IMG/VR virus record: IMGVR_UViG_3300030099_002195
Location: 1-50,535 of that record
Length of the DNA: 50,535 nucleotides
Strand: one strand, 5' to 3'
From: a virus
Taxonomy: Duplodnaviria > Caudoviricetes
Shown here one piece after another: positions 9,588 to 18,485 of this stretch. Position 1 is the stretch's first letter, and the number at the start of each line of letters is the position of its first letter. A program made the translations under genes and the position numbers. The notes under the pieces were generated by a model. That model was given only the letters and a program-made list of their open reading frames with translations. It was not told where the DNA came from and did no database searches.

Positions 9588-10220
9588 ATGGCAAATACCC
9601 TAACAGGTGGTTTTGGCCTTCGTCCTATTGGTAAAACGGGCGGCAATATCAATAACAACGCTACGACGATGTATGAAATTGCTAACAACTACACAACCGC
9701 TATCTATAACGGTGGAATTGTTATTCCACTCGCAGGAGGCACAATCGCTTGTACCGATCAGGCAGTGGCTCCTTTGGGCGTTCTAGGCGGTGTTGAGTAT
9801 GTTGATTCCGTTACCGGTAAATCGACCCACCTTAATTATTGGCCCGGTTCAAACGCTGTAAGTGTTAACACCAACTTTCCGGTTAAAGCTTACGTGTATG
9901 ACGATCCAATGCAGCTATATGTTGTGGTAGCAGATGGCACAAATACCGACCGGGCAACCGCGTTGGCAGATGTGTTTGCTAACTGTGATATGGCTAGTGT
10001 TAACAACGGTAGCACTAATACAGGTAAGTCTTCTGACATGCTTGATATTAGCACCGCTGCAACAACTGCTGGTTTGGATGTTCGTATTGTTGGACTCTAT
10101 GAAGAGGAAGGCAACACGGATTATTCCGCAGTTGGACATCAGTATATCGTTCGTTTGAACGCACCTTTCAACTCAGGCTTTGCTGCTGCCGTAGGCACCG
10201 CAGCGAACACCGGCATATAG
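9588..10220 (+). CDS. Putative capsid decoration/minor capsid protein
   Basis: MAN...FGLRP N-terminus, beta-rich, directly upstream of major capsid gene. Confidence 0.65.
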   Translation: MANTLTGGFGLRPIGKTGGNINNNATTMYEIANNYTTAIYNGGIVIPLAGGTIACTDQAVAPLGVLGGVEYVDSVTGKSTHLNYWPGSNAVSVNTNFPVKAYVYDDPMQLYVVVADGTNTDRATALADVFANCDMASVNNGSTNTGKSSDMLDISTAATTAGLDVRIVGLYEEEGNTDYSAVGHQYIVRLNAPFNSGFAAAVGTAANTGI

Positions 10221-10231
10221 GAGGCTAGGAA

Positions 10232-11143
10232 ATGGCTATTTCAAGAGCACAACTAGCTAAAGAGCTAGAACCCGGTCTAAATGCACTTTTTGGGCTTGAG
10301 TATGATCGTTATGAAAACGAACATGCTGAGATCTTTGCAGAAGAAGCATCTGATCGTTCATTTGAAGAAGAAGTGATGCTTGGGGGTTTCTCAACAGCAC
10401 CGACTAAGGAAGAAGGCGCAGCCATCTCTTTTGACGATGCTCAAGAGACATTCACAGCACGGTACACACATGAGACAATCGCTTTGGCCTTCTCAATTAC
10501 TGAGGAAGCCATTGAGGATAATCTGTATGACCGTCTGGCATCTCGTTACACCAAGGCTCTGGCCCGCTCTATGGCTCAGACCAAGCAGATTAAAGCTGCG
10601 GCTATCTTGAACAATGCGTTCACGGCAGGCGCTTCTGCAATCGGTGACGGTGCATCACTTTGCTCTTCGTCTCACCCATCACTCACAGGTAACCAGCGCA
10701 ATTTGCTGTCAACTGCTGCTGACTTGAATGAAACTTCTCTTGAGCAGATGTTGATTGATATTGCAGGTTTCACTGATGAGCGTGGTCTGAAAATTGCAGT
10801 TCGTGGAATGAAGCTTATCATTCCAAAAGAGTTGCAGTTTATCGCAGAGCGTGTGATTAACTCAAACTTGCGTTCAGCAACGGCTGATAACGACGCAAAC
10901 GCTATCAAGAACATGGGTATGCTGCCTGAAGGTGCAGTCGTAAACCATTTCTTGACAGATACGGATGCGTTTTTCATCAAGACCGATGCTCCAAACGGTT
11001 TCAAATATTTCAACCGTTCTCCAATCAAAACTGCAATGGAAGGTGACTTTGACACCGGCAACATGCGGTTTAAGGCCCGTGAGCGTTACAGCTTCGGCGT
11101 TTCTGATTGGCGTTGTGTGTTTGGAACACCGGGCGCAGCATAA
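10232..11143 (+). CDS. Major capsid protein
   Basis: MAISRAQLAKELEPGLNALFG...FSITEEAIEDNLY...GDFDTGNMRFKARERYSFG; strong SD AGGAGG; followed by terminator. Confidence 0.9.
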   Translation: MAISRAQLAKELEPGLNALFGLEYDRYENEHAEIFAEEASDRSFEEEVMLGGFSTAPTKEEGAAISFDDAQETFTARYTHETIALAFSITEEAIEDNLYDRLASRYTKALARSMAQTKQIKAAAILNNAFTAGASAIGDGASLCSSSHPSLTGNQRNLLSTAADLNETSLEQMLIDIAGFTDERGLKIAVRGMKLIIPKELQFIAERVINSNLRSATADNDANAIKNMGMLPEGAVVNHFLTDTDAFFIKTDAPNGFKYFNRSPIKTAMEGDFDTGNMRFKARERYSFGVSDWRCVFGTPGAA

Positions 11144-11169
11144 TAACCTCTTTTCCCGTAGAGGTTTCA

Positions 11170-11197
11170 AAGGGCGGCTTCACAGTCGCCCTTTTTT
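11170..11197 (+). terminator. Rho-independent terminator after major capsid gene
   Basis: AAGGGCGGCT-tcac-AGTCGCCCTT stem (one G-U) followed by T tract. Confidence 0.85.
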
Positions 11198-11262
11198 ATT
11201 GTATGGTTATTTTATCCTGACAGCCCATGATGGGCTGACAATAGCCAAGACAGGAGAAAAAA

Positions 11263-11883
11263 ATGGCTACAACTACTTTTTCGGGCTCCGTCCGTTCAAA
11301 AGCAGGTTTTAAAGTAATCAACGAGGGCTCCGGCACTGGCACGATTACAGAAACCGGATTTTCTGTAAACTCAACTGGTCAGTTGATTTCTTTGGGATCA
11401 AGAAAGATCCAAACTTTTGTTGGATCACTGGCAGACACAGATACCAGTTCAGCATATGCCGACGGTGACGTTCTTGTTGAGTTGGGAACTCTTAACACAG
11501 ATCACCCAGACGCATTGGTGACAGCAACAAAGTTTTTCATTCATAAAGCCGTGATCGGTATTACCACTGCCGCGGGTCAAACTTTGGTGGGTTCTTTACA
11601 GTTGAGTGCTACGAGTGGGACTGCAACTAATGCTGCGGTATCATCAGGAACAGAGATTGTTGGAGCAGGTGTAACAGCCTTTTCACCAACATTATCTGCG
11701 GCATTGTCCATAACTGAGGTTGATATTAATTTCAATAACTCAGCCGGTAATTTCCATGTGTTTGAACCAAATGTTACTGCTCCGATTGCAAGCACTCATT
11801 TGTATGCTGCGGCCACAACCACGCTAAACGCAGACGCAACAGCAGGCAGATTTACGGTTGAACTAGAATACTCAGTATTCTAA
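11263..11883 (+). CDS. Putative structural protein
   Basis: MATTTFSGSVRS N-terminus, Thr/Ala/Gly-rich. Confidence 0.65.
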   Translation: MATTTFSGSVRSKAGFKVINEGSGTGTITETGFSVNSTGQLISLGSRKIQTFVGSLADTDTSSAYADGDVLVELGTLNTDHPDALVTATKFFIHKAVIGITTAAGQTLVGSLQLSATSGTATNAAVSSGTEIVGAGVTAFSPTLSAALSITEVDINFNNSAGNFHVFEPNVTAPIASTHLYAAATTTLNADATAGRFTVELEYSVF

Positions 11884-11893
11884 GGAGGCTGAA

Positions 11894-12298
11894 ATGGCGG
11901 ATGCTGTAACCTCGCAAACACTGATTGACGGCCCTAAACATGCCGTTATGAAATTCACCAATGTCTCTGACGGGAGTGGAGAGTCTGCCGTAAAAAAAGT
12001 AGACGTTTCTGCTCTTGCCAGCAGTTTAGATGGTGTTGCGTGTAGTGAGGTCGTCATAGAGCGTATATGGTGGCAGTGTAACGGCATGAAGGTACAAATG
12101 CTGTTTGATGCTACCTCTAACGCTTTTGCTATTGAGTTAGGTGAAAACCAAAGCGGTCATCACGATTATAACTCTTTTGGCGGCCTAACAAACAACGCAG
12201 GCAGTGGTAAGACAGGGGACATTTTGTTTACAACAGTTGGTCATTCTTCTGCGGACACATATACAATAATTTTGTACATGCGTAAGAAGTATGCGTAA
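11894..12298 (+). CDS. Conserved structural-module protein
   Basis: MADAVTSQT...FTNVSDGSGESAVKKVDVS; SD AAGGAGG. Confidence 0.7.
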   Translation: MADAVTSQTLIDGPKHAVMKFTNVSDGSGESAVKKVDVSALASSLDGVACSEVVIERIWWQCNGMKVQMLFDATSNAFAIELGENQSGHHDYNSFGGLTNNAGSGKTGDILFTTVGHSSADTYTIILYMRKKYA

Positions 12299-12309
12299 GA
12301 GGTAAATAA

Positions 12310-12597
12310 ATGGCTCCTCGTAAAGCTACGATGCCAAAAAAAAATAAGAAAAATTTCCGCCCCACAGAAAAAGGGGCGGGAATGACTAAAGCCGGGGTGG
12401 CTGCTTATAGACGTGCAAATCCCGGTTCTAAGTTAAAAACGGCTGTCACAGGAAAAGTAAAAAAGGGTTCAAAAGACGCAAAACGTCGTGCATCATATTG
12501 TAGTCGGTCAAAAGGTCAAATGAAGATGCACAACATAAATTGTAAAAAGACTCCTAAAAAGCGTATTTGTGCAGCACGTAGAAGATGGAAATGTTAG
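12310..12597 (+). CDS. Small basic protein
   Basis: 95 aa Lys/Arg-rich, RRASYCSRS and RRRWKC end. Confidence 0.7.
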   Translation: MAPRKATMPKKNKKNFRPTEKGAGMTKAGVAAYRRANPGSKLKTAVTGKVKKGSKDAKRRASYCSRSKGQMKMHNINCKKTPKKRICAARRRWKC

Positions 12598-12756
12598 ATG
12601 AAAGCCGACGATGTTTTAAAACTTTTGGAAAAGCACGAAAAAGAGTGCAATGGCCGGTATGCTCAGATACAAAAACAGTTAGATAAGCTGGATCAAAGGC
12701 TCTGGGGCATAGCTGGGTTAATTGTTGCAGCCGCCGTCGTGCAGAAAGTGTTTTAA
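12598..12756 (+). CDS. Small coiled-coil plus TM protein (52 aa, not in ORF track)
   Basis: Manual translation MKADDVLKLLEKHEKECNGRYAQIQKQLDKLDQRLWGIAGLIVAAAVVQKVF*; abuts both neighbours exactly. Confidence 0.7.
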   Translation: MKADDVLKLLEKHEKECNGRYAQIQKQLDKLDQRLWGIAGLIVAAAVVQKVF

Positions 12757-13005
12757 ATGACTAGTGCAGTAAGAATAGGGGCAGCAGCTTGTCCTATACC
12801 AAAACGCGCTTCAAATAGTGCTGTTCGTATGAAAAAAGGGGGGAAGGTAAAAAGTGGTGGTAAGATCTGTCCCGAAGGCAAGGCTTGGGCTAAACGCACA
12901 TTTGACACATACCCGTCAGCGTATGCAAACTTGGCCGCATCAAAATACTGTAAAGACCCCAACTATGCTAAAAAATCAAAGGGTGGTAAAAGGAAGGGCA
13001 AATGA
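12757..13005 (+). CDS. Small basic protein
   Basis: MKKGGKV motif; ICPEGKAWAKRTFDTYPSAYAN. Confidence 0.7.
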   Translation: MTSAVRIGAAACPIPKRASNSAVRMKKGGKVKSGGKICPEGKAWAKRTFDTYPSAYANLAASKYCKDPNYAKKSKGGKRKGK

Positions 13006-13136
13006 CACTAACAGCGCCGAAGAGAAAAAAAATTAAAAAAGTTGTAAAGGGTTTGAATAAAGCGTCTAAATTACACGCTAGTCAGGCACGGACACTATCT
13101 AAGTTGGTAAAAAATGGGAAACGGAAAAGATCCTAA
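13002..13136 (+). CDS. Small basic protein (44 aa, not in ORF track)
   Basis: Manual translation MTLTAPKRKKIKKVVKGLNKASKLHASQARTLSKLVKNGKRKRS*; ATGA overlap. Confidence 0.6.
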   Translation: MTLTAPKRKKIKKVVKGLNKASKLHASQARTLSKLVKNGKRKRS

Positions 13137-13404
13137 AAAGGGGACAGGAAAAAAGCCCAAGGGATCTGATAGACGTTTGTACACAGATGAGAACCCTAGA
13201 GATACTGTTTCTATAAAATTTGCCACACCGGCTGATGCAAGAGCCACGGTGGCAAAGGTAAAAAAGTTAAAAAAACCATTTGCTAGGAAGATACAAATAC
13301 TTACTGTTTTAGAACAAAGAGCAAAGGTAGCGGGTAAGTCTGAGCAAGCTAGAATAGCAAAAGCTGGTAAAAATGCGATACGCAAACAGCGCGAGAAAGT
13401 ATAA
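13114..13404 (+). CDS. Small basic protein
   Basis: KDPKKGTGKKPKGSDRRLYTDENP; 96 aa. Confidence 0.7.
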   Translation: MGNGKDPKKGTGKKPKGSDRRLYTDENPRDTVSIKFATPADARATVAKVKKLKKPFARKIQILTVLEQRAKVAGKSEQARIAKAGKNAIRKQREKV

Positions 13405-13769
13405 TGGGACAGTTAAAGCAATGGCTGAAACAAGATTGGGTAAGGATTGGATCTGATGGCTCTATTAAAGGCCCATGTGGTACTTCAAAAGATAAGAAAA
13501 ACCCTGATCGTTGCTTGCCTAGATCTAAGGCTAATAGTTTATCCAAAAGTGAACGCGCTACGACAGCACGTAAAAAAAAGAAAGCAGGCGCTAAAGGAAA
13601 AACTACAGTTGCTAACACAAAAGCTGCGAAGGTAACAGGTTTAAAGAATGGTGGGGCGGTAACAAAGCCTAAGAGACCTTTTAGGGGTAAGAACATACCC
13701 GGAACTGTTGTAGCGCGAGGATGCGGCGCTGTAATGGCTAACAGAAGAAAACGCACCAAAATTGCATAG
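13404..13769 (+). CDS. Small basic protein
   Basis: LKQWLKQDWV, CGTS...RCLP, LKNGGAV, ARGCGAV. Confidence 0.7.
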   Translation: MGQLKQWLKQDWVRIGSDGSIKGPCGTSKDKKNPDRCLPRSKANSLSKSERATTARKKKKAGAKGKTTVANTKAAKVTGLKNGGAVTKPKRPFRGKNIPGTVVARGCGAVMANRRKRTKIA

Positions 13770-13778
13770 GAGCAAAAA

Positions 13779-14096
13779 ATGGCAAAAGAATTTATGACAA
13801 TGGATGAGTACGCATCCAGTCTTGTTGGTAATGTAGCACCTACCATGAAGAAAAAAGGCATGGCTAAAGGTGGCAGGGTAAAAGCCAAGGGCATGGCTAA
13901 AGGCGGTAAAGTCCAGAAGATGGCTGGCGGTGGAGCCATGAAGAAGAAGGGTTATGCCAAAGGCGGTAAAGTCCAGAAGATGGCCAACGGCGGCATGATG
14001 AAGAAAAAAGGCATGGCTAAAGGTGGCAAGGTTCAGAAGATGGCCAACGGCGGCATGATGAAGAAGAAGGGTATGGCCAAGGGCGGTAAGGTATAA
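13779..14096 (+). CDS. Lys/Gly/Met-rich repeat protein
   Basis: Eight [MY]AxGG copies in 105 aa; SD AGGAG. Confidence 0.75.
   Translation: MAKEFMTMDEYASSLVGNVAPTMKKKGMAKGGRVKAKGMAKGGKVQKMAGGGAMKKKGYAKGGKVQKMANGGMMKKKGMAKGGKVQKMANGGMMKKKGMAKGGKV
13845..14093 (+). repeat. Coding tandem repeat (~60 bp / 20 aa period)
   Basis: KKKGMAKGGKVQKMANGGMM units repeated with synonymous codon variation. Confidence 0.85.
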
Positions 14097-14100
14097 GACC

Positions 14101-14778
14101 TTGTCCTATCTCCAAAGTAATATTCCGCACTTCAAGTGTTGGGTGCGAAGAGAGTATACGTGTAATCACTCCAATTATCATGGCGAGTTTCTTCACGCTA
14201 TGGCGATTGCTGTTACTACGATGCCCAGCCGGTGTTTAAGTTTTCAGATGATATTCACCGGCTGTGAAACCGATGACACGGACGAACAGAATGTGCACGG
14301 GGGAGCGATGTGGGCTAGAATGCCCATAACTGCGCTTGTTGGGGACACGCCTTTTGAGGAATGGCCAGAACCTATGCCTGTCCATTTGGCGCAGCCTTGG
14401 GACTGTATGTCCCATACACACGCAGTTTATCGTTTAGATCGCGCTCATCCGTGCCCTTGGATTGCCAAAATAGGGCCTGAGTTTTATCCGGCTAAATACT
14501 ATTTTACGGTAGATTATACGGAGAGCGAGATCGCTGATGACCCGGCGCAGCATAAACAGAGCCACGTTTTAGAGCTTTTGGATGCTGGTCCGTACACGGG
14601 TAACATCGTTGCTCTGCCTAATAATCGTGTCCGAGTCACACATCCTGCGTGGTTTGAAACAGGACAAGGTGCGCCTGATTTCTTGCCGTCTCAGCATATA
14701 CACTATTCAAAATCAGATTTAGACTATACAATGGACGTAAATCAGATATTCGACAATCTATATGCGAAAGATAAGTAA
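14101..14778 (+). CDS. Conserved hypothetical protein (Cys/His/Trp-rich)
   Basis: 225 aa, TTG start; GGAMWARMPITALV, QPWDC, HKQSH, ALPNNRVRV. Confidence 0.75.
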   Translation: MSYLQSNIPHFKCWVRREYTCNHSNYHGEFLHAMAIAVTTMPSRCLSFQMIFTGCETDDTDEQNVHGGAMWARMPITALVGDTPFEEWPEPMPVHLAQPWDCMSHTHAVYRLDRAHPCPWIAKIGPEFYPAKYYFTVDYTESEIADDPAQHKQSHVLELLDAGPYTGNIVALPNNRVRVTHPAWFETGQGAPDFLPSQHIHYSKSDLDYTMDVNQIFDNLYAKDK

Positions 14779-15446
14779 TGGCTGTTTCTGGAAGCGTAAA
14801 CTTTGAATTAGACGTATCAGATTATGTAGAAGAGGCTTTTGAGCGTTGTGGCTTGGAGGTTAAAACAGGATACGATCTTGTAACTGCCAGACGATCTTTA
14901 AATATAATGCTGGCCGAATGGGCTAACCGTGGTCTTAACCAGTGGACAATTACACAACGCACACAAGCCTTAACATCTGGGACAAGAACCTATGCCTTAT
15001 CCGCAGATGTGATTGATATATTAAGTGCAGTTGTGACCCGCAGTAGCACGGACTTTTCTTTAACTAGAGTTAGTCGGGATGATGATTTAAATATTCCCAA
15101 TAAAGCTACTACAGGTAGACCAACTCAGTTTTTCTTGGACAGACAAGTGACACCAAGCCTGCGTGTATGGCCGACCCCAGAAAACAGCACCGATGTTGTG
15201 GTTTATAACGCTTTGACACGCATAGATGATGCAGACACAGCCATAAATACATTAGATGTACCTTTTAGGTTTTATCCGTGTTTAGCTGCCGGTCTGGCTT
15301 ATTATTTATCTATTAAAAGAGCTCCTAATCGAACTCAAATGCTTAAAGCTATGTACGAGGAGGAGTTTGAAAGAGCTATGGGTGAAGATAGAGACCGATC
15401 TAGCTTCACGGTGACGCCAGAGTACGCATACTTTAGGACAAACTAA
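14778..15446 (+). CDS. Putative head-tail adaptor (tail tubular A-like)
   Basis: EEAFERCG...TARRSLN...EWANRGLNQWT; LAAGLAYYL; position after head genes. Confidence 0.65.
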   Translation: MAVSGSVNFELDVSDYVEEAFERCGLEVKTGYDLVTARRSLNIMLAEWANRGLNQWTITQRTQALTSGTRTYALSADVIDILSAVVTRSSTDFSLTRVSRDDDLNIPNKATTGRPTQFFLDRQVTPSLRVWPTPENSTDVVVYNALTRIDDADTAINTLDVPFRFYPCLAAGLAYYLSIKRAPNRTQMLKAMYEEEFERAMGEDRDRSSFTVTPEYAYFRTN

Positions 15447-16216
15447 TGCCTAGATACGCTACAGGAAAGTATGCCAAGGCCATATCAGATCGTTCTGGGC
15501 TGGAGTATCGCTATAAAGATATGCGAAAAGAATGGAACGGGTTACTCGTTGGCAAGGACGAATTTGAAAGAAAACACCCACAACTAGGACCGTTTCGCAA
15601 GATACATGATCCTCAAACTTTGAAAGAGGCCCGACCCAACAATAATAAAATACCTGTTACTGTTAAGTTTCCAGTTTTTAGCACTGTAACTCTACAATAT
15701 CAATTAGTGCCTCAAGCGGAAGCTCTGTTAGGAAAGGTTACATTTGGCGGAGATGTAATTACACCCACGGATGCAACCACTACGGGGGTTTCTGGAACAG
15801 GTTCTGTAGGTACGGTTACAGCCTCTGGCACAGGTTTAAGCATTACACAAACTTACACAGTAACAGTGGTTGGGGGAAATCCTGTAAATCACCCATATTA
15901 TAATGTTGGTTCGGCCAATAAATTTGCGATTGATGGATCTACGGCCACGGCAGATGTCTTGTTAAGTCTATCGGAGGGAAATACTTATAGATTTGATCAA
16001 AGTGACTCCTCTAATTCAGGTCATCCCTTGCGTTTCAGCACGACGGCTAATGGCACACATGGCGGAGGGTATGAGTATACGACAGGTGTGACCACTAACG
16101 GCACTCCCGGTTCTTCTGGTGCGTACACTCAAATAACAGTAGCCTCTGGAGCTCCGACATTGTATTACTATTGCACTAATCACAGCGGCATGGGTTGGCA
16201 GGCGAATACACCATGA
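15446..16216 (+). CDS. Structural protein with C-terminal cupredoxin-like domain
   Basis: ISDRSG N-terminus; GHPLRFS and LYYYCTNHSGMG motifs. Confidence 0.65.
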   Translation: MPRYATGKYAKAISDRSGLEYRYKDMRKEWNGLLVGKDEFERKHPQLGPFRKIHDPQTLKEARPNNNKIPVTVKFPVFSTVTLQYQLVPQAEALLGKVTFGGDVITPTDATTTGVSGTGSVGTVTASGTGLSITQTYTVTVVGGNPVNHPYYNVGSANKFAIDGSTATADVLLSLSEGNTYRFDQSDSSNSGHPLRFSTTANGTHGGGYEYTTGVTTNGTPGSSGAYTQITVASGAPTLYYYCTNHSGMGWQANTP

Positions 16217-17067
16217 GTTTTACATACAGTACATTAAAGTCCGCAATAAAAGACTATACCGAAAACCAAGAAACTACTTTTGTTTCTCATCTTGTTGACT
16301 TTGTAAAGACAGCCGAGGAACGCATATTTAAAAGCGTTGACCTAGAGTTTTTTCGCAAGAATGCAACGGGCACCACAACTTCAGGTAACCAATTTTTAGC
16401 TGTACCCGACGATTACATAGCATCTTTTAGTCTATCTTTAGAAAGTTCTAGTAATAAGAACTTTTTATTAATCAAAGACGTTAACTTCTTACAAGAATAT
16501 AACCCAAATTCAGCTACCACTGGTCTCCCAAAATATTATGGTGTGTATGACTTCCAAAACTTTTTATTAGCTCCCACTCCAGATGCTGATTACACAGCAG
16601 AGCTTCATTACTATTATAGACCAACCAGTCTAACGCAAAGTCAGTTTTTATTAACGGTTAGCAGCGTAAGTGGGACTTTTGTAGCTGGAGAAACGATTAC
16701 GGGTGGAACCAGTGGTGCAAATACAACAATAGCTTCTATTGTTAGCGCGACGACGTTCAATATTGTTATACCAAGCACAGATTTAACTGTGGGAGAAACA
16801 GTCACTGGAGCGACCAGTGGGGCTACGGGAACAGTAGTTTCTACTTCGGCAGACTCTACTACAACCTTTTTAAGTGTTAATGCCCCTAACGCTTTATTAT
16901 ACGGCAGTTTGATTGAAGCTTATACTTATATGAAGGGTGAACCGGACGTTATGAAAATGTACAGTGAGCGCTTTGTAGAGTCTTTAGTTAGATTGAAGGA
17001 TCTTGGGGAAGCTAGAGAAAACGATGATGCAAACAGACAGGGGTTACCAAGAAGGGCCCGTACATGA
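16213..17067 (+). CDS. Putative adaptor/tail protein
   Basis: AEERIF, PTPDADYTAELHYYYRP, ALLYGSLIEAY; start moved to ATG 16213 (ATGA overlap). Confidence 0.6.
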   Translation: MSFTYSTLKSAIKDYTENQETTFVSHLVDFVKTAEERIFKSVDLEFFRKNATGTTTSGNQFLAVPDDYIASFSLSLESSSNKNFLLIKDVNFLQEYNPNSATTGLPKYYGVYDFQNFLLAPTPDADYTAELHYYYRPTSLTQSQFLLTVSSVSGTFVAGETITGGTSGANTTIASIVSATTFNIVIPSTDLTVGETVTGATSGATGTVVSTSADSTTTFLSVNAPNALLYGSLIEAYTYMKGEPDVMKMYSERFVESLVRLKDLGEARENDDANRQGLPRRART

Positions 17068-17741
17068 AAGTTGCCATCGTTGGCTTAGGAGGCAGTTATG
17101 CCGACTACATAGCCGCAAGAGTTGCCTCTCAAACTTTTGATGAAGTTTGGGGAATTAATTGTATCGGAGGTATTATACACGTCGATAAGACGTTTATGAT
17201 GGACCCTGTTTCTCGTTTTTTAGATACTGAAAACGCTGGTTCTCAAACCGGAATAGCTAGAGAGTTTTTACTTAAAAATAAAAACACAATATACTCGTGC
17301 CAAAAACACAATGATTTTCCAGCCATAAAACCTTATCCTCTTGAAAAGGTTGTAAAATCAACAGGTTATTGTTATTTTAACAACACGGTGGCTTATGCGG
17401 TGGCTTATGCCATTTGGAAAAAAGTAACGAAGATTTGTTTGTACGGTATTGATTTTACTTATAAAAACGTAAACATGGCTGAGTCAGGAAGAGCTTGTGT
17501 AGAGTTTTGGTGTGCAATTGCTGCATCGAAGGGAATAAAATTAGAGATAGCTCACCGTTCCGGGTTGTTAGACACAAATGTCCCAGATAATGAAAAACTG
17601 TATGGTTACCATAGGCTAGATGATCCTTTAGTTCAAACGATTGAAGGGGGCAACATATTAATAACAAAACAGTCTGATATAAGACCGCCAGAACCGGTAG
17701 AATCAAATCCGGTTATTTTTGGGAGACATGATCATGTTTGA
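17064..17741 (+). CDS. Rossmann-like putative transferase (sialyltransferase/Maf-like)
   Basis: KVAIVGLGGS, VWGIN, NTVAYAVAYAI, KICLYGIDF motifs. Confidence 0.5.
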   Translation: MKVAIVGLGGSYADYIAARVASQTFDEVWGINCIGGIIHVDKTFMMDPVSRFLDTENAGSQTGIAREFLLKNKNTIYSCQKHNDFPAIKPYPLEKVVKSTGYCYFNNTVAYAVAYAIWKKVTKICLYGIDFTYKNVNMAESGRACVEFWCAIAASKGIKLEIAHRSGLLDTNVPDNEKLYGYHRLDDPLVQTIEGGNILITKQSDIRPPEPVESNPVIFGRHDHV

Positions 17742-18021
17742 GGTTAACGTAGCATCCGTAGGCTCTGTTAAGGTAATATCCTCTGATAACGGCGGATTAT
17801 CTAACGACCAAATAGCTGATATGGCAGCCGATAAGATATTATATATATCCGATGAAGCCCCTGAACCAATTAGATTGCAGGCAGAGGCTTTTAAGGATCG
17901 TGTTAGAAATTTAGTGCAATATTATGTAGAGTTGGCTAGAAAAGAAGAACGTGCTACAATTTGTGCGAAGGTCCGTGAGGCGGGTCAACATCAACTAGCT
18001 GACGCTATAGGGAGACTATAA
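17734..18021 (+). CDS. Hypothetical protein
   Basis: Helical ~95 aa ORF with GGAG SD, coupled to next gene. Confidence 0.65.
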   Translation: MFEVNVASVGSVKVISSDNGGLSNDQIADMAADKILYISDEAPEPIRLQAEAFKDRVRNLVQYYVELARKEERATICAKVREAGQHQLADAIGRL

Positions 18022-18473
18022 TGGCAATAGCACAAGCAATGTGTACCGCATTCAAACAAGAGTTGATGTTGGGCACACACAATTTCGCAACAAACGGTAA
18101 CGCCTTTAAACTGGCTCTATATGCAGAAAGCAGTGGCGGAAAGTCTAGCACCACAGCCACTTTAGGGGCGACAACCACGGCATTTACCACAACAGGTGAG
18201 GTAGCTTCTAGTGGCTCATATGCAACTGGGGGTGGCACACTTACAAAAGTCGCGCCAACTACATCTGGAACCACAGCGTTTACTGATTTTGCAGATCTTA
18301 GCTTTACTACGGCTACGATTACTGCGATGGGTGCTTTAATATATAACAGCACTAACAGCAACAAAGCTGTGGCTGTGTTGGATTTTACATCTAATAAAAC
18401 CTCAACATCCGGCACTTTTACCATTCAATTCCCAACAGCCGATGCAAGCAACGCTATTATTCGTATAGCGTAA
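18021..18473 (+). CDS. Tail/structural protein
   Basis: AMCTAFKQEL, FKLALY, GALIYN, AVAVLDF, FTIQFP. Confidence 0.7.
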   Translation: MAIAQAMCTAFKQELMLGTHNFATNGNAFKLALYAESSGGKSSTTATLGATTTAFTTTGEVASSGSYATGGGTLTKVAPTTSGTTAFTDFADLSFTTATITAMGALIYNSTNSNKAVAVLDFTSNKTSTSGTFTIQFPTADASNAIIRIA

Positions 18474-18485
18474 CGGAGTAATACG

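Noticed and set aside
11215-11260. CTGA...hairpin as a hammerhead ribozyme
   Set aside because: Core reads CUGACAG rather than CUGANGA, and no correctly placed GAAA follows the stem
13845-14093. Tandem DNA repeats as a possible CRISPR array
   Set aside because: No unique spacers; period is a multiple of 3 with synonymous variation, so it is a coding repeat
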